From Saprospiraceae bacterium (GTDB taxonomy: Bacteria; Bacteroidota; Bacteroidia; Chitinophagales; Saprospiraceae), in assembly GCA_016717105.1 (NCBI GenBank), contig JADKGF010000001.1, forward strand, positions 23,887 to 87,886: a stretch of 64,000 nucleotides of DNA, in the 5' to 3' direction. The first letter of the stretch is position 1. Every line of letters starts with the position of its first letter. The notes under the pieces were generated by a model. That model searched no databases and was not told the origin of the DNA. It saw nothing but the letters and a program-made list of their open reading frames with translations. The position numbers and the translations under genes are program-made. Shown here in pieces: positions 1 through 9,506 of the stretch.

Positions 1-2875
1 TGGCATAAATAAAATAGATTCCGGAAGGTAGTACTTGCACATCAATACTTTGCCCTGCTGTATAATTATTGAGCGTCCTTATATGCTGGCCATCCGCATT
101 AAAAATCGAAATTTGGTTTGCATCCACTTCAAGTGAGATATTACTGGAAGCTGGAGAAGGATTTATTTTCAATTTTACCTCATCTAATGGTGGTAACTCA
201 TCTACATTAGACATGAAACTGGTGGGATATCGGTACCACTGATTATTTTGACCTTCATGTATAGCAGTAAAATATACCCAATCTTTATATCTTGTGAAGT
301 TTCTAGGAAAGCTAGAAGATGGCCCTCCATTTATATCGGAAAGCAACTTTAAGGTCTTATCTTCGACATTTAACACATAAAGCTCGCTTCCACTATTACA
401 TTGGGACGAACAAAGAAATTTTGATTCACTTATTGGAATACAATAAGGATTATACCTCGTAACACAGTCTTCATTTATTATATCTGTGCTAATGTTATCA
501 CCATTTATAAAATTATACTCAAATAGATTCAGATCACCTGCGGCAGTGATATAACTAAACAATAGAGTACTATCTTTTACAAGTAAAAAGCTCAAATTCT
601 TAATTTCTGAGATCTTTATCACATCTTGACCTTTCCTATACAAATAAGAAAATCCTTCAAAATCAAATATTACTTTATCACTTCCGATGATGGAAAATCT
701 ATTATACAATGAAAATCCTGGTGAATGAACATCAATGGTTTTTATTTCCTCGTTTTCAATTTCCAAAATTTGATGACGATCCTTATTCCATATTAAGACT
801 AGCGACGTCCTTTCATCAGGCAAACGCAATTTTGTAGAAATTTTAGTGTAATTATTTATTTCAAAGGGTAATAATTTCAGCCCAGTACTTTTATTTAATA
901 TATAGAATTGAGTTTTGTTTGATATATTGCTTTGTATATAAAAAGCATTTTTATGTCCAGGAATTAACTCAAGTTCTCCTAAATTTGAATCGACATATTC
1001 TGTTAATTGGTTTGAGTCATAATCGATTGTGGTAATTTTACTTTGTATATCCTTAATGACCAAAAAAGATTCGCCACCAAGAACGTCAAAAGCAAGATTG
1101 AAGTTGGGAATGATCTTCCTTTTGTGCGATTTTATATCATAAATCTGAAAACTATTCACGTCAAGCCTAGACAAAAATATATAAGGCCCTACTGATTTAA
1201 AACTCGGATTATAGGCACTCACAACCAAGCTGTCTATTGACCCTGTCAAGGTATTGTACCTTTTTATTAAATACTTATAGTTTCCAGCATAATTTACAGT
1301 AGCTATAAAATCTCCATAATTCGTACTTGTGTAAAAATGCGTCGTTGTGTAAATATTCATTGAAATATTCGGACTTTCATCAAAATGCACCAACTCTCTT
1401 GGATAGAAATTTATAAGATGGTGGCATGTATCATCCAATGAAAACAACCCATTGTAATTGATAAAATACTGTTGGTCGTGGAGATTAAACTTTCCAAAAA
1501 CATAGTTTATCCCCAAGTTTTCTGCAAAATCAAGTTTTTGTACCGAGACCAAACTGTCATTTTTGTCTAGATAAAAGATCTCTGGTTTTTCTGAATCATT
1601 ATTTGCTGAAAGTATTAAGCCCTTATCTTCTTGGTAGCCTAATACGATGGAACTGTATTGTATGTTCTCTTGATTTTCCATAAATATTATTTTGTAGGAT
1701 TGATTCTCAATATTGTATTTAAATAAAAAAGGCATGTATCCAAAATAATTTCCCAATTTGCCAATACAATACACAAAACTGTCTTGCTGGAACAATGTAT
1801 TGTGATCAAAGGTGGTTACATTTTTAATTGCTGTCGCAGTTTTCTTCTCGTGATCTATTAAATAAAATAATCCCACATCTAATCCATCTGCTGGATGATG
1901 TCCATAATATCCCAACATTGAAAATCGCCGGTTTGAAAATTCATTATTGATATATTGTCTATTTTCTGCATAATCTGGAATCGGTTCCGTAACAAATGCC
2001 ATAGTTGTGCAAGTATTGTAATCCAAAATGACGATACTATCTTGATTTGCATTGAAATCATCTTTCGGGTGACTGTAATATAAAATCAATTTATCATTAA
2101 AAATAAAATTGTCTTCTAAACCTTGAGATGAAAAAGTGTTTTGGCACAAAGTAGATTCATGTGTAAAATTTAAAGAAATCTTATGTACATGTTCCTTGTC
2201 AATGATATAAAAGATGCTATCAACTTCAGAATAAAAAACGCTTTTGAAACTCAGTGGTAAAGTAAAAATAGAATCTTTATTTGTCAAAATATTGGTGAGT
2301 TTTACCATATTGCTGTCCACAAAAGATAGCCTAAAGTCGTCATTTACAATGGTATTACCTTCATAAGAAATATCCGTCACAGCTCCGGTAACAAGGTCAT
2401 AAGAATATAGTTGGTAATCATTATTCCTATCAAGAAAAGTTACATACAGAGCATTATCAGTAAGCTCAAATTTGTGGTAGCTTTTTACATTTTCAGTCCA
2501 AAATGCAATATTTTTTTCTAAAACTCCATCTTCTACATTGATTATTTGCAGTTTATCCCTCAGAAGTCTGTAATACTTGTTTTTTCTGATTACAAAATGT
2601 GATCTATTGGGTAGATCTAAGTCTTCATTCACACTTGTTGTATTGTCCACAACCAATGTATGAATGAGTTCAAATCGATGGGAGATAAACAAATAAATTT
2701 TAAGTGAATCGCCCTCTTCCAGCATATAGTGTTTATCACCAATTTGTGCAAAACCAATTTTTCCATTTAAATTGGTAGAATTAATTACACCCTTGAAAGT
2801 AAAATCAGATATTTTCTCTTGAGCACATAAAAATACCGAAAAGAATAAAAATAGAATAGGTAAAAGCTTATTCAT
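1..2875 (-). CDS. Secreted T9SS-cargo protein of unknown function (C-terminus runs off the window start; 958 codons visible)
   Basis: Absent from the supplied ORF track because it has no stop inside the window. Hand translation from the ATG (complement of 2873-2875) gives MNKLLPILFLFFSVFLCAQEKISDFTFKG... (signal peptide) and stays open down to base 2. The last visible residues, ...LKINPSPASSNISLEVDANQISIFNADGQHIRTLNNYTAGQSIDVQVLPSGIYFIYA, look like a type-A T9SS C-terminal sorting domain. Confidence 0.8.
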   Translation of the reverse strand, partial: MNKLLPILFLFFSVFLCAQEKISDFTFKGVINSTNLNGKIGFAQIGDKHYMLEEGDSLKIYLFISHRFELIHTLVVDNTTSVNEDLDLPNRSHFVIRKNKYYRLLRDKLQIINVEDGVLEKNIAFWTENVKSYHKFELTDNALYVTFLDRNNDYQLYSYDLVTGAVTDISYEGNTIVNDDFRLSFVDSNMVKLTNILTNKDSIFTLPLSFKSVFYSEVDSIFYIIDKEHVHKISLNFTHESTLCQNTFSSQGLEDNFIFNDKLILYYSHPKDDFNANQDSIVILDYNTCTTMAFVTEPIPDYAENRQYINNEFSNRRFSMLGYYGHHPADGLDVGLFYLIDHEKKTATAIKNVTTFDHNTLFQQDSFVYCIGKLGNYFGYMPFLFKYNIENQSYKIIFMENQENIQYSSIVLGYQEDKGLILSANNDSEKPEIFYLDKNDSLVSVQKLDFAENLGINYVFGKFNLHDQQYFINYNGLFSLDDTCHHLINFYPRELVHFDESPNISMNIYTTTHFYTSTNYGDFIATVNYAGNYKYLIKRYNTLTGSIDSLVVSAYNPSFKSVGPYIFLSRLDVNSFQIYDIKSHKRKIIPNFNLAFDVLGGESFLVIKDIQSKITTIDYDSNQLTEYVDSNLGELELIPGHKNAFYIQSNISNKTQFYILNKSTGLKLLPFEINNYTKISTKLRLPDERTSLVLIWNKDRHQILEIENEEIKTIDVHSPGFSLYNRFSIIGSDKVIFDFEGFSYLYRKGQDVIKISEIKNLSFLLVKDSTLLFSYITAAGDLNLFEYNFINGDNISTDIINEDCVTRYNPYCIPISESKFLCSSQCNSGSELYVLNVEDKTLKLLSDINGGPSSSFPRNFTRYKDWVYFTAIHEGQNNQWYRYPTSFMSNVDELPPLDEVKLKINPSPASSNISLEVDANQISIFNADGQHIRTLNNYTAGQSIDVQVLPSGIYFIYA

Positions 2876-3366
2876 AACGTATTAATTTTAAACAAAAATA
2901 GGCTTTTTTATTTAAAAAGATAAGTTTTGTAGAATATACTTTTGTTAAAGTTCAAGAATGTCGTCTGAGATACTTTAAAAGGTAACTATTCGCCAAACTA
3001 ATTTTAGATATGTCTAATAAAATTTGTAAAGTTTTAACTTGACTATTTCTATGTTTTTGTCAAATTATAACTTGACTTTTATGATATGTTGTAGAACTTT
3101 AGCTTTACTTTATTAGAAATTATCCTTGTTTGCTTCTCCTGCATTTATTTCTCCTAACTTTTCATAAATAGAAGCCACAAAGCTCAAGATCTCAGCTTTA
3201 ATATTATAACGTGGCACTAATACTCCCCGGAAATAAAATCTATTTAAGCTACAGAAGAAAAGATACATATTTTAAAAAAATTACAATGCAATAATAACTA
3301 TCATGTTTTGATAAAAATATAGTTATGATGTTTAATTAAAATTTAATTTTTGACATACCAATAAAT

Positions 3367-4760
3367 TTAAATGTTTTTTTTACTTCCTATACAAAACTTA
3401 CTAAAGATACTCTCCAACAAATCATCCGTCGATACTTCACCGGTGATAGTGCCGAGATGAAAAAGTGCTTCTCTGATATCCATCGCCACAAAGTCTGATG
3501 ATAGACCTGTGTCCATTCCTGCCAATACTTTTTCGAGACTTAGTTTTGTGTGTTCTAATGCCTCGTAGTGGCGTGCATTGCTGATGATCGTGCCTTCTGC
3601 TTGGTTGTGGTTTTTGATGTATTGTGAGAAGTAAGCCAATAATGGTTGAAGTGTTGACTTGTATTTGGCTGTGATGAGTAGTGTTTTTGTGCCACTTTTT
3701 TCTGCGATGGCTTGAGTTTTAGGTTCGGCGAGTGCGGCTGAGATAGTATCCGCTTTATTGAGCAGGATGACGCCAGTTTGATCGCTGGTAAGTGCTAGGT
3801 TTTGGAATTCAGCAGTAGTTTCTTCTACGCTTTTATGGATGTCACTGATGAAAAGCACGATTTCCGCTTCTCGGAGTTTTTGCCTTGACCTTTCTATACC
3901 TAAGCCTTCAAGGATATCTGATGTTTCACGGAGGCCTGCAGTATCTATAAATCGAAACATGATGCCATCTATCACCAAGGTATCTTCGATAAAATCTCTT
4001 GTCGTGCCTGCTATGTCACTTACCAAGGCTTTTTCTTCGTCGAGGATCGTATTGAGCAAAGTAGATTTACCAGCATTGGGCGCGCCTATGATAGCAACGG
4101 GAATACCTTCTTTGATACTATTGCCCCAACGAAATGAATCAAGCAAAGGATTGATGACATTAATTATCTTGAAGATAAGGTCTTTGAGCCTTCCACGATG
4201 GGCAAATTCTACATCTTCTTCTGAAAAGTCAAGTTCCAGTTCGATTAGAGCGGCAAAATCAATCAACTCCTGTCTTAGCTCCTTGAGTTTTGACGAAAAA
4301 TGTCCTTTGAGTTGATTTAGTGCGATTTCAGTTGACTTGGCAGAAGATGCATGGATTAAGTCAGCCACAGCTTCTGCTTGAGAGAGATCTAGTCGTCCAT
4401 TTAGAAAGGCGCGCAGCGTAAATTCTCCCGGATAAGCCAATTTGGCTCCGTTTTTTATTGCTAGGGAAATGATGGATTGGACCAATTGTGGTGAGCCGTG
4501 GCAAGATATCTCGGTACTATCTTCTGTAGTGAAAGACTTAGGTGCCCTGAATAATGTGACCATTACCTCATCGATCTCCTTCTCTCCATCTACGATCCAA
4601 CCATAATGTACTGTATGGGAATCCGCATCACGAAGTATTTTGCCTTTAAAATTCTATCGGTAATGGAAATTGCTTCCTTTCCGGACAATCGAATGATGGC
4701 AATCGCACTTTGTCCTTGTGGTGTAGCTGGAGCAATGATGGTATCTGTAAGGTGATTCAT
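3367..4760 (-). CDS. mnmE: tRNA modification GTPase MnmE, reading frame broken once (ORF-track piece 3367..4563 plus an unlisted 5' piece starting at 4760)
   Basis: G-domain motifs [15 protein letters not shown] and LNKAD are present, with a C-terminal FCIG. The canonical N-terminus [37 protein letters not shown] is encoded upstream in another frame. The junction lies at the A4 run 4648-4651. One added base gives ...[46 protein letters not shown]... and a 465-codon gene. Confidence 0.9.
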
Positions 4761-4820
4761 AATACAAAAGTAGCAATTATGGTTTGATTTTTGTATTTTG
4801 GTTTAATTATCTGTTTGTAT

Positions 4821-4845
4821 AAAATTTAACTCAGAGTTAAATTTT
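4821..4845. promoter_or_regulatory. Perfect 25-nt palindrome (12-nt arms, 1-nt centre) in the divergent mnmE / beta-oxidation intergenic region; candidate operator
   Basis: The sequence reads aaaatttaactc-a-gagttaaatttt, and the two arms are exact reverse complements. It lies 113-137 nt upstream of the 4958 start codon. Confidence 0.35.
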
Positions 4846-4957
4846 TTTATGAAAATTGTTTCTTATTCCGAAAAAAGGCTATAACTTTATGTGCGAAATT
4901 GAAGTAACTTCTTTTTTACCAGTTTTATATGATTATTAGCATTTTATCTGAATAAAT

Positions 4958-7356
4958 ATGACCAAAAGAATTAAAAAAGTCGCTGTCCTCGGATCTGGAG
5001 TGATGGGCTCGGGCATAGCCTGTCATTTAGCAAATTCTGGATTGGAAGTTCTAATGTTGGATATTTTACCGCCAAACTTGGACGATCAACAAAAATCCAA
5101 TAAAACACTCCGAAATAGAATAGCAGATACTTCATTGGCAAATGCCATAAAATCCAAACCGGCTCCGTTATATGACGCCGCTTTTGCTACTAGGATTACC
5201 ACGGGCAATTTTGAAGACGATATGGACAAAATATCGGCATGTGACTGGATAATAGAAGTAGTGGTCGAAAGACTGGATATCAAGAAACTGATTTTTGCTC
5301 AAGTGGACAATCTACGCAAAGCAGGATCGTTGGTTACATCCAATACTTCAGGCATTCCTATTGGGCAGCTTGCTGAAGGGCGAAGTGAAGATTTTAAAAA
5401 GAACTTTTGCGGTACGCACTTTTTTAATCCAGCACGATACATGGCACTTTTCGAAGTGATACCACATGCTGGAACAGATGCAGATGTTATCGATTTCTGG
5501 ATGCATTATGGAGAAGTTTACTTGGGTAAAAAGCCGTATTATGTAAAGATACACCGGCATTTATTGCGAATAGAATAGGATTCTACAGCGGCAATAAAGT
5601 CGGAGAATTGACCGAAAAGTATGGTTTGTCTATTGAAGAAGTGGACAAAATAACAGGTGAGCCTTTAGCTTGGCCAAATACTGGTAGCTATCGACTCCTT
5701 GATTTAGTTGGTCTTGATACATCAGTCAAAGTTACCAAAGGTGTGATAGATAATTGTCCTGATGACGAATTTGTAAAGATCATAAAAAACAAACCTGTTC
5801 ACAAAGCTACCCAATTCCTACTTGACAACAATTATTTGGGTGATAAATCGGGTCAAGGATTTTATAAAAAGACAGATCAACGCGATGAAAAAGGAGGTCG
5901 GGTTATTTTGGCTTTAGATCTGAATACATTGGAATACAAACCTACACAAAAGGTTATGATCCCTGTGGTCGGAATAGCCAAAAAAGTCGAGATCATGGAT
6001 AAGCGACTTAAGGAAATGATGGCTTCTGATGAAAATTCTGGCCATTTCGTGCGAGACCTTATTTGTGGGATCATTGCTTATGCTTCTAATAGAATCCCAG
6101 AAATAAGTGACAATATCTACAGCATCGACAATGCCATGAAAGCTGGTTATGCTTGGACTTATGGACCTTTCGAATTTTGGGATATGATAGGCATTGCTGA
6201 GGGCGCCGCAATTGCCAAAAATCTAGGTGAAGTGATACCTGCTTGGGTAGAACAAATGATAAAAGATGGCGTCACAAGTTTCTACAAAATTGAAGATGGG
6301 AAACGCAAGTATTATGATCTGGATTCAAAATCCTATAAAGTAATACCAGGTACAGAGTTAAATATCCATTTGGACAATTACAGAACGGTAACTCCAGTGT
6401 ATAAAAATTCTGAATGCACGATACATGATATAGGCGATGGAGTATTGTGCTTTGAGTTTACCTCAAAATCTAATGCAATAGGAGAAGGCATCGGTCAAGG
6501 TGCACTAGAAGCATTAAATATCGCACAAAACGGAGAATGGAAAGGCATAGTTATTGGTAATAACGCCAAAAACTTCACAGTCGGCGCCAATCTTATGAAT
6601 GTAGGTATGGTAGCCATGCAAAAAGATTTTGCAAAATTGGAAGAGATGGTCAATGCCTTCCAACAAATAAATATGGCACTCCGATATGCACCTATTCCAG
6701 TAGTAACTGCTACTCAAGGCTATGTTTTCGGTGGTGGATGCGAGATCTTGATGCATACAGACGCTGCTGTTTGTCATGCCGAATCATACATCGGACTGGT
6801 AGAAGTTGGTGTTGGTTTGATTCCAGGTGGTGGTGGTACCAAAGAGTTTGCAGTTAGAGCTTCAGAGTCATTTTTTGAAGGTGATGTACAGATTCCGACT
6901 CTTGTAGAGAAGCTAAAAGTAATAGCAACAGCAACAGTTTCTACATCAGCTTATGAAGGATTTAAAAATGGTTATCTGCAACACGACAGAGATATTGTAG
7001 AAATCAATCTCAATAAAGTCCTTAGTACTGCGAAAGCTAAGGTACTGTCGCTTGCTCAAAACTATAATGCACCGATTCCAAAAGAAGTTACAGTCTTAGG
7101 TAGAGGTGGATTAGGTACGCTTTATACCGCATTAAATGAATTTTACCTTGGGAAATATATGTCAGCTTATGACTTAGAAATAGCCAAAAAAGTAGCTTAT
7201 GTCCTTTGTGGTGGAGACCTGACTGGGCAACAAAAAGTTTCAGAGCAATATCTATTGGATATAGAAAGAGAAGCATTCTTACAGCTTTTAGGCAATCAAA
7301 AAACATTGGATAGAATTCAGTATTTATTGATGAATAATAAACCATTGAGAAATTAA
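4958..7356 (+). CDS. Fused 3-hydroxyacyl-CoA dehydrogenase / enoyl-CoA hydratase (beta-oxidation multifunctional enzyme), frame broken once (ORF pieces 4958..5578 and 5608..7356)
   Basis: The N-terminus has the NAD-binding fold VAVLGSGVMGSGIA. The C-terminal crotonase-fold region reads ...ATQGYVFGGGCEILMHTDAAV...GLIPGGGGTKE. The second frame is already open before 5608 and reads VLCKDTPAFIANRIGFYSGNKVGELTEKYG, the conserved HACD continuation. The junction is at 5528-5536. One added base gives 800 codons. Confidence 0.9.
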
Positions 7357-7370
7357 ATCAAATAATAAAA

Positions 7371-8543
7371 ATGAACGCATATATAATAAAAGGATTCAGA
7401 TCTGCTGTCGGAAAAGCTAAAAGAGGCGGATTTCGCAATTATAGATCAGATGATCTTGCCGTAGATATCCTTACCTATCTTGCTTCCCAAGTTCCGCAAC
7501 TTGATCCCAAAGAAATAGATGATGTCATAGTCGGTTGTGCCAATCCAGAAGGAGAGCAAGGACTTCAAGTAGGCAGACTTATCGCAGCTCGAGCTTTAGG
7601 TCAGGAAGTACCCGGTATGACTATCAATAGATATTGTGCATCAGGTTTGGAAGCGATAGCTATTGCCGCTTCAAAAATAAACGCTGGCATGGGTCATTGT
7701 TATGTGGCTGGCGGCGCAGAATCCATGTCGCTTTTGCCAATGACAGGATATAAATTGGCGCCGAGTTATAATGCTGCGATGCAAAACATCAATTATCATG
7801 TCAGCATGGGACATACAGCCGAAGCTGTTGCCGAAAAATATCAAGTCACACGCGAACAGGCTGATGAGTTTTCTGTAAGGTCACATACTCTTGCGGCAGC
7901 GGCAATAAGAGATGGTAAATTTAAGGATGAAATCGTGCCCATCGTCGTAAAAGAAGTGCTGGTAGAAAATAATAAAAGAATCGAAAAGGAAACTATTATA
8001 GATACTGACGAAGGCGTGAGAGCAGATACCTCGATTGAAGGATTATCCAAATTGAAACCCGCTTTCAAACTTAATGGTGTCGTAACTGCAGGTAATTCAT
8101 CTCAGACATCTGATGGTGCCGCTTTTGTCCTTGTCATGAGCGAAGAGATGGTCAAAAGATTAGGTTTATCTCCAGTAGCTAGACTTGCTTCATGTGCCGT
8201 TGGAGGTGTAGATCCGTTGTATATGGGAATCGGACCAGTAGTAGCTATTCCCAAAGCACTAAAACAGGCTGGAATTTCGTTAAATGATGTTGATTTAATA
8301 GAACTAAACGAAGCATTTGCGGTACAAGCATTGGCAGTAATTAAGGAAACAGGACTCAATCCTGACATAGTCAATGTCAATGGTGGCGCAATAGCATTAG
8401 GTCATCCACTTGGTTGTACTGGCGCAAAACTCAGCATTCAGATTATCAATGAGTTGCGTAGAAGGAATCAGAAGTATGGAATGGTGACAGCATGTGTTGG
8501 TGGTGGACAAGGCATCGCAGGTATTATAGAAAGGTTGGATTGA
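7371..8543 (+). CDS. Acetyl-CoA C-acyltransferase (3-ketoacyl-CoA thiolase)
   Basis: Thiolase motifs NRYCASGLEA (active-site Cys), GNSSQTSDGAA and NGGAIALGHPLGCTGA. It lies 14 nt downstream of the HACD/ECH gene, the classic fadB-fadA arrangement. Confidence 0.93.
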   Translation: MNAYIIKGFRSAVGKAKRGGFRNYRSDDLAVDILTYLASQVPQLDPKEIDDVIVGCANPEGEQGLQVGRLIAARALGQEVPGMTINRYCASGLEAIAIAASKINAGMGHCYVAGGAESMSLLPMTGYKLAPSYNAAMQNINYHVSMGHTAEAVAEKYQVTREQADEFSVRSHTLAAAAIRDGKFKDEIVPIVVKEVLVENNKRIEKETIIDTDEGVRADTSIEGLSKLKPAFKLNGVVTAGNSSQTSDGAAFVLVMSEEMVKRLGLSPVARLASCAVGGVDPLYMGIGPVVAIPKALKQAGISLNDVDLIELNEAFAVQALAVIKETGLNPDIVNVNGGAIALGHPLGCTGAKLSIQIINELRRRNQKYGMVTACVGGGQGIAGIIERLD

Positions 8544-8547
8544 TTTT

Positions 8548-8566
8548 GGCCACAACACTTGTGGTC
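8548..8566 (+). terminator. Possible stem-loop terminator after the thiolase gene
   Basis: ggccacaa-cac-ttgtggtc forms 8 pairs including one G-U, with a 3-nt loop, 5 nt after the stop. There is no clean U-tract, so support is weak. Confidence 0.25.
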
Positions 8567-8661
8567 ATACGTTAATTAAATTTTAAAATCTTCATAACAG
8601 GTAACTAAGCTTACTTGATTATGGTCGTATAATCATTATATGACTATAAAAATATTTTGTT

Positions 8662-9330
8662 ATGAGATTTTTAATTTACCTATCTTTATTATTGATAACA
8701 GGCTGTGTATCTCCTGAGAAATTCAAAACTTCTTCCTACGCTAACTTGTCAAAAGATCATAAAAAAATAGCCATTCTTCCTGTTGTATTTGAAGGAAAAA
8801 TGATCGCTGAAATGCCTGAAAACGAAAAAAACTTATTGCTAAAAAGAGAAAACGATTTTATCCAGTCTATGATCTATCAAGAAATTTTATTGCGAACAGG
8901 ATTGAACAAAAAAGATATAAAAATTAAGGTTGAATCTCTTCAGGCAACAAATGACAAATTGATAAAAAAAGGTATTAATATTTACAACCTTGGAGCAGTC
9001 CCTTTTGATGATATTACAAATGCACTTGACGCAGATGTTGTTTTTCAAACCCATATTACAACAGAAATTTTCCTTCACTCTACCAAAAATGATCTTTCAA
9101 AAGAATTGTTGGATATGGCTGAATTTTATTTTGATAAAAATCTTGTGATTCATCGCATTGGACAAACAAAGGTAGTCCCTGTTTTTATTAAAACTGAAAT
9201 AACTGATGTAAAACATAAAGAACCAGTTTGGGCATTTTCCAAAAGAAAAGATTTAAGACTAAAAGAAAAAAATACGGATTTAGTCCGAAATATAGCAAAA
9301 GCTTTAGCAAAAAGATTTCCATACAGATAG
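8662..9330 (+). CDS. Hypothetical lipoprotein
   Basis: The N-terminus MRFLIYLSLLLITGC fits a lipoprotein signal peptide with a lipobox Cys. I recognise no catalytic motif. Confidence 0.6.
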   Translation: MRFLIYLSLLLITGCVSPEKFKTSSYANLSKDHKKIAILPVVFEGKMIAEMPENEKNLLLKRENDFIQSMIYQEILLRTGLNKKDIKIKVESLQATNDKLIKKGINIYNLGAVPFDDITNALDADVVFQTHITTEIFLHSTKNDLSKELLDMAEFYFDKNLVIHRIGQTKVVPVFIKTEITDVKHKEPVWAFSKRKDLRLKEKNTDLVRNIAKALAKRFPYR

Positions 9331-9506
9331 ATGGTTATTTTCTTTATCGCAGTACATCCATGCTTGAGCCAATTCAAGATATGAAATTTGGTTCAAAACT
9401 AAACCCGACACCAAGTGTTATAAATTATTGGAATAAGTATTAGTAAATGCAATAATTATAGACCATCAAAAAAGTATTAATCATACGATTTTCATCTATT
9501 GGTGAT

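Noticed and set aside
3039-3071. A sigma-70-like TTGACT ... TATAAC pair on the + strand.
   Set aside because: The spacer is 21 nt, too long for a -35/-10 promoter. No + strand gene lies downstream, and Bacteroidota housekeeping promoters use a different consensus.
3113-3217. A 34-codon minus-strand ORF (VPRYNIKAEILSFVASIYEKLGEINAGEANKDNF*) vaguely reminiscent of a Fic-family N-terminus, possibly a gene remnant.
   Set aside because: It is too short for any confident homology statement, and the downstream frames show no continuation of a Fic domain.
3839-4315. 158-aa ORF antisense to mnmE. Similar long antisense ORFs occur at 16916-17541 (in glmS), 22443-22814, 24922-25314, 37000-37461, 43759-44076, 54758-55090 and 57380-57935.
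   Set aside because: Each lies wholly inside a strongly supported gene on the other strand. Their composition is low-complexity or Ser/Ile-rich with no motifs. These are typical shadow ORFs.
9228-9443. A 71-aa ORF overlapping the end of the lipoprotein gene. The 75-aa ORF at 23497-23724 is similar.
   Set aside because: Both overlap better-supported genes, have K/F-rich low-complexity sequence, and show no motif.
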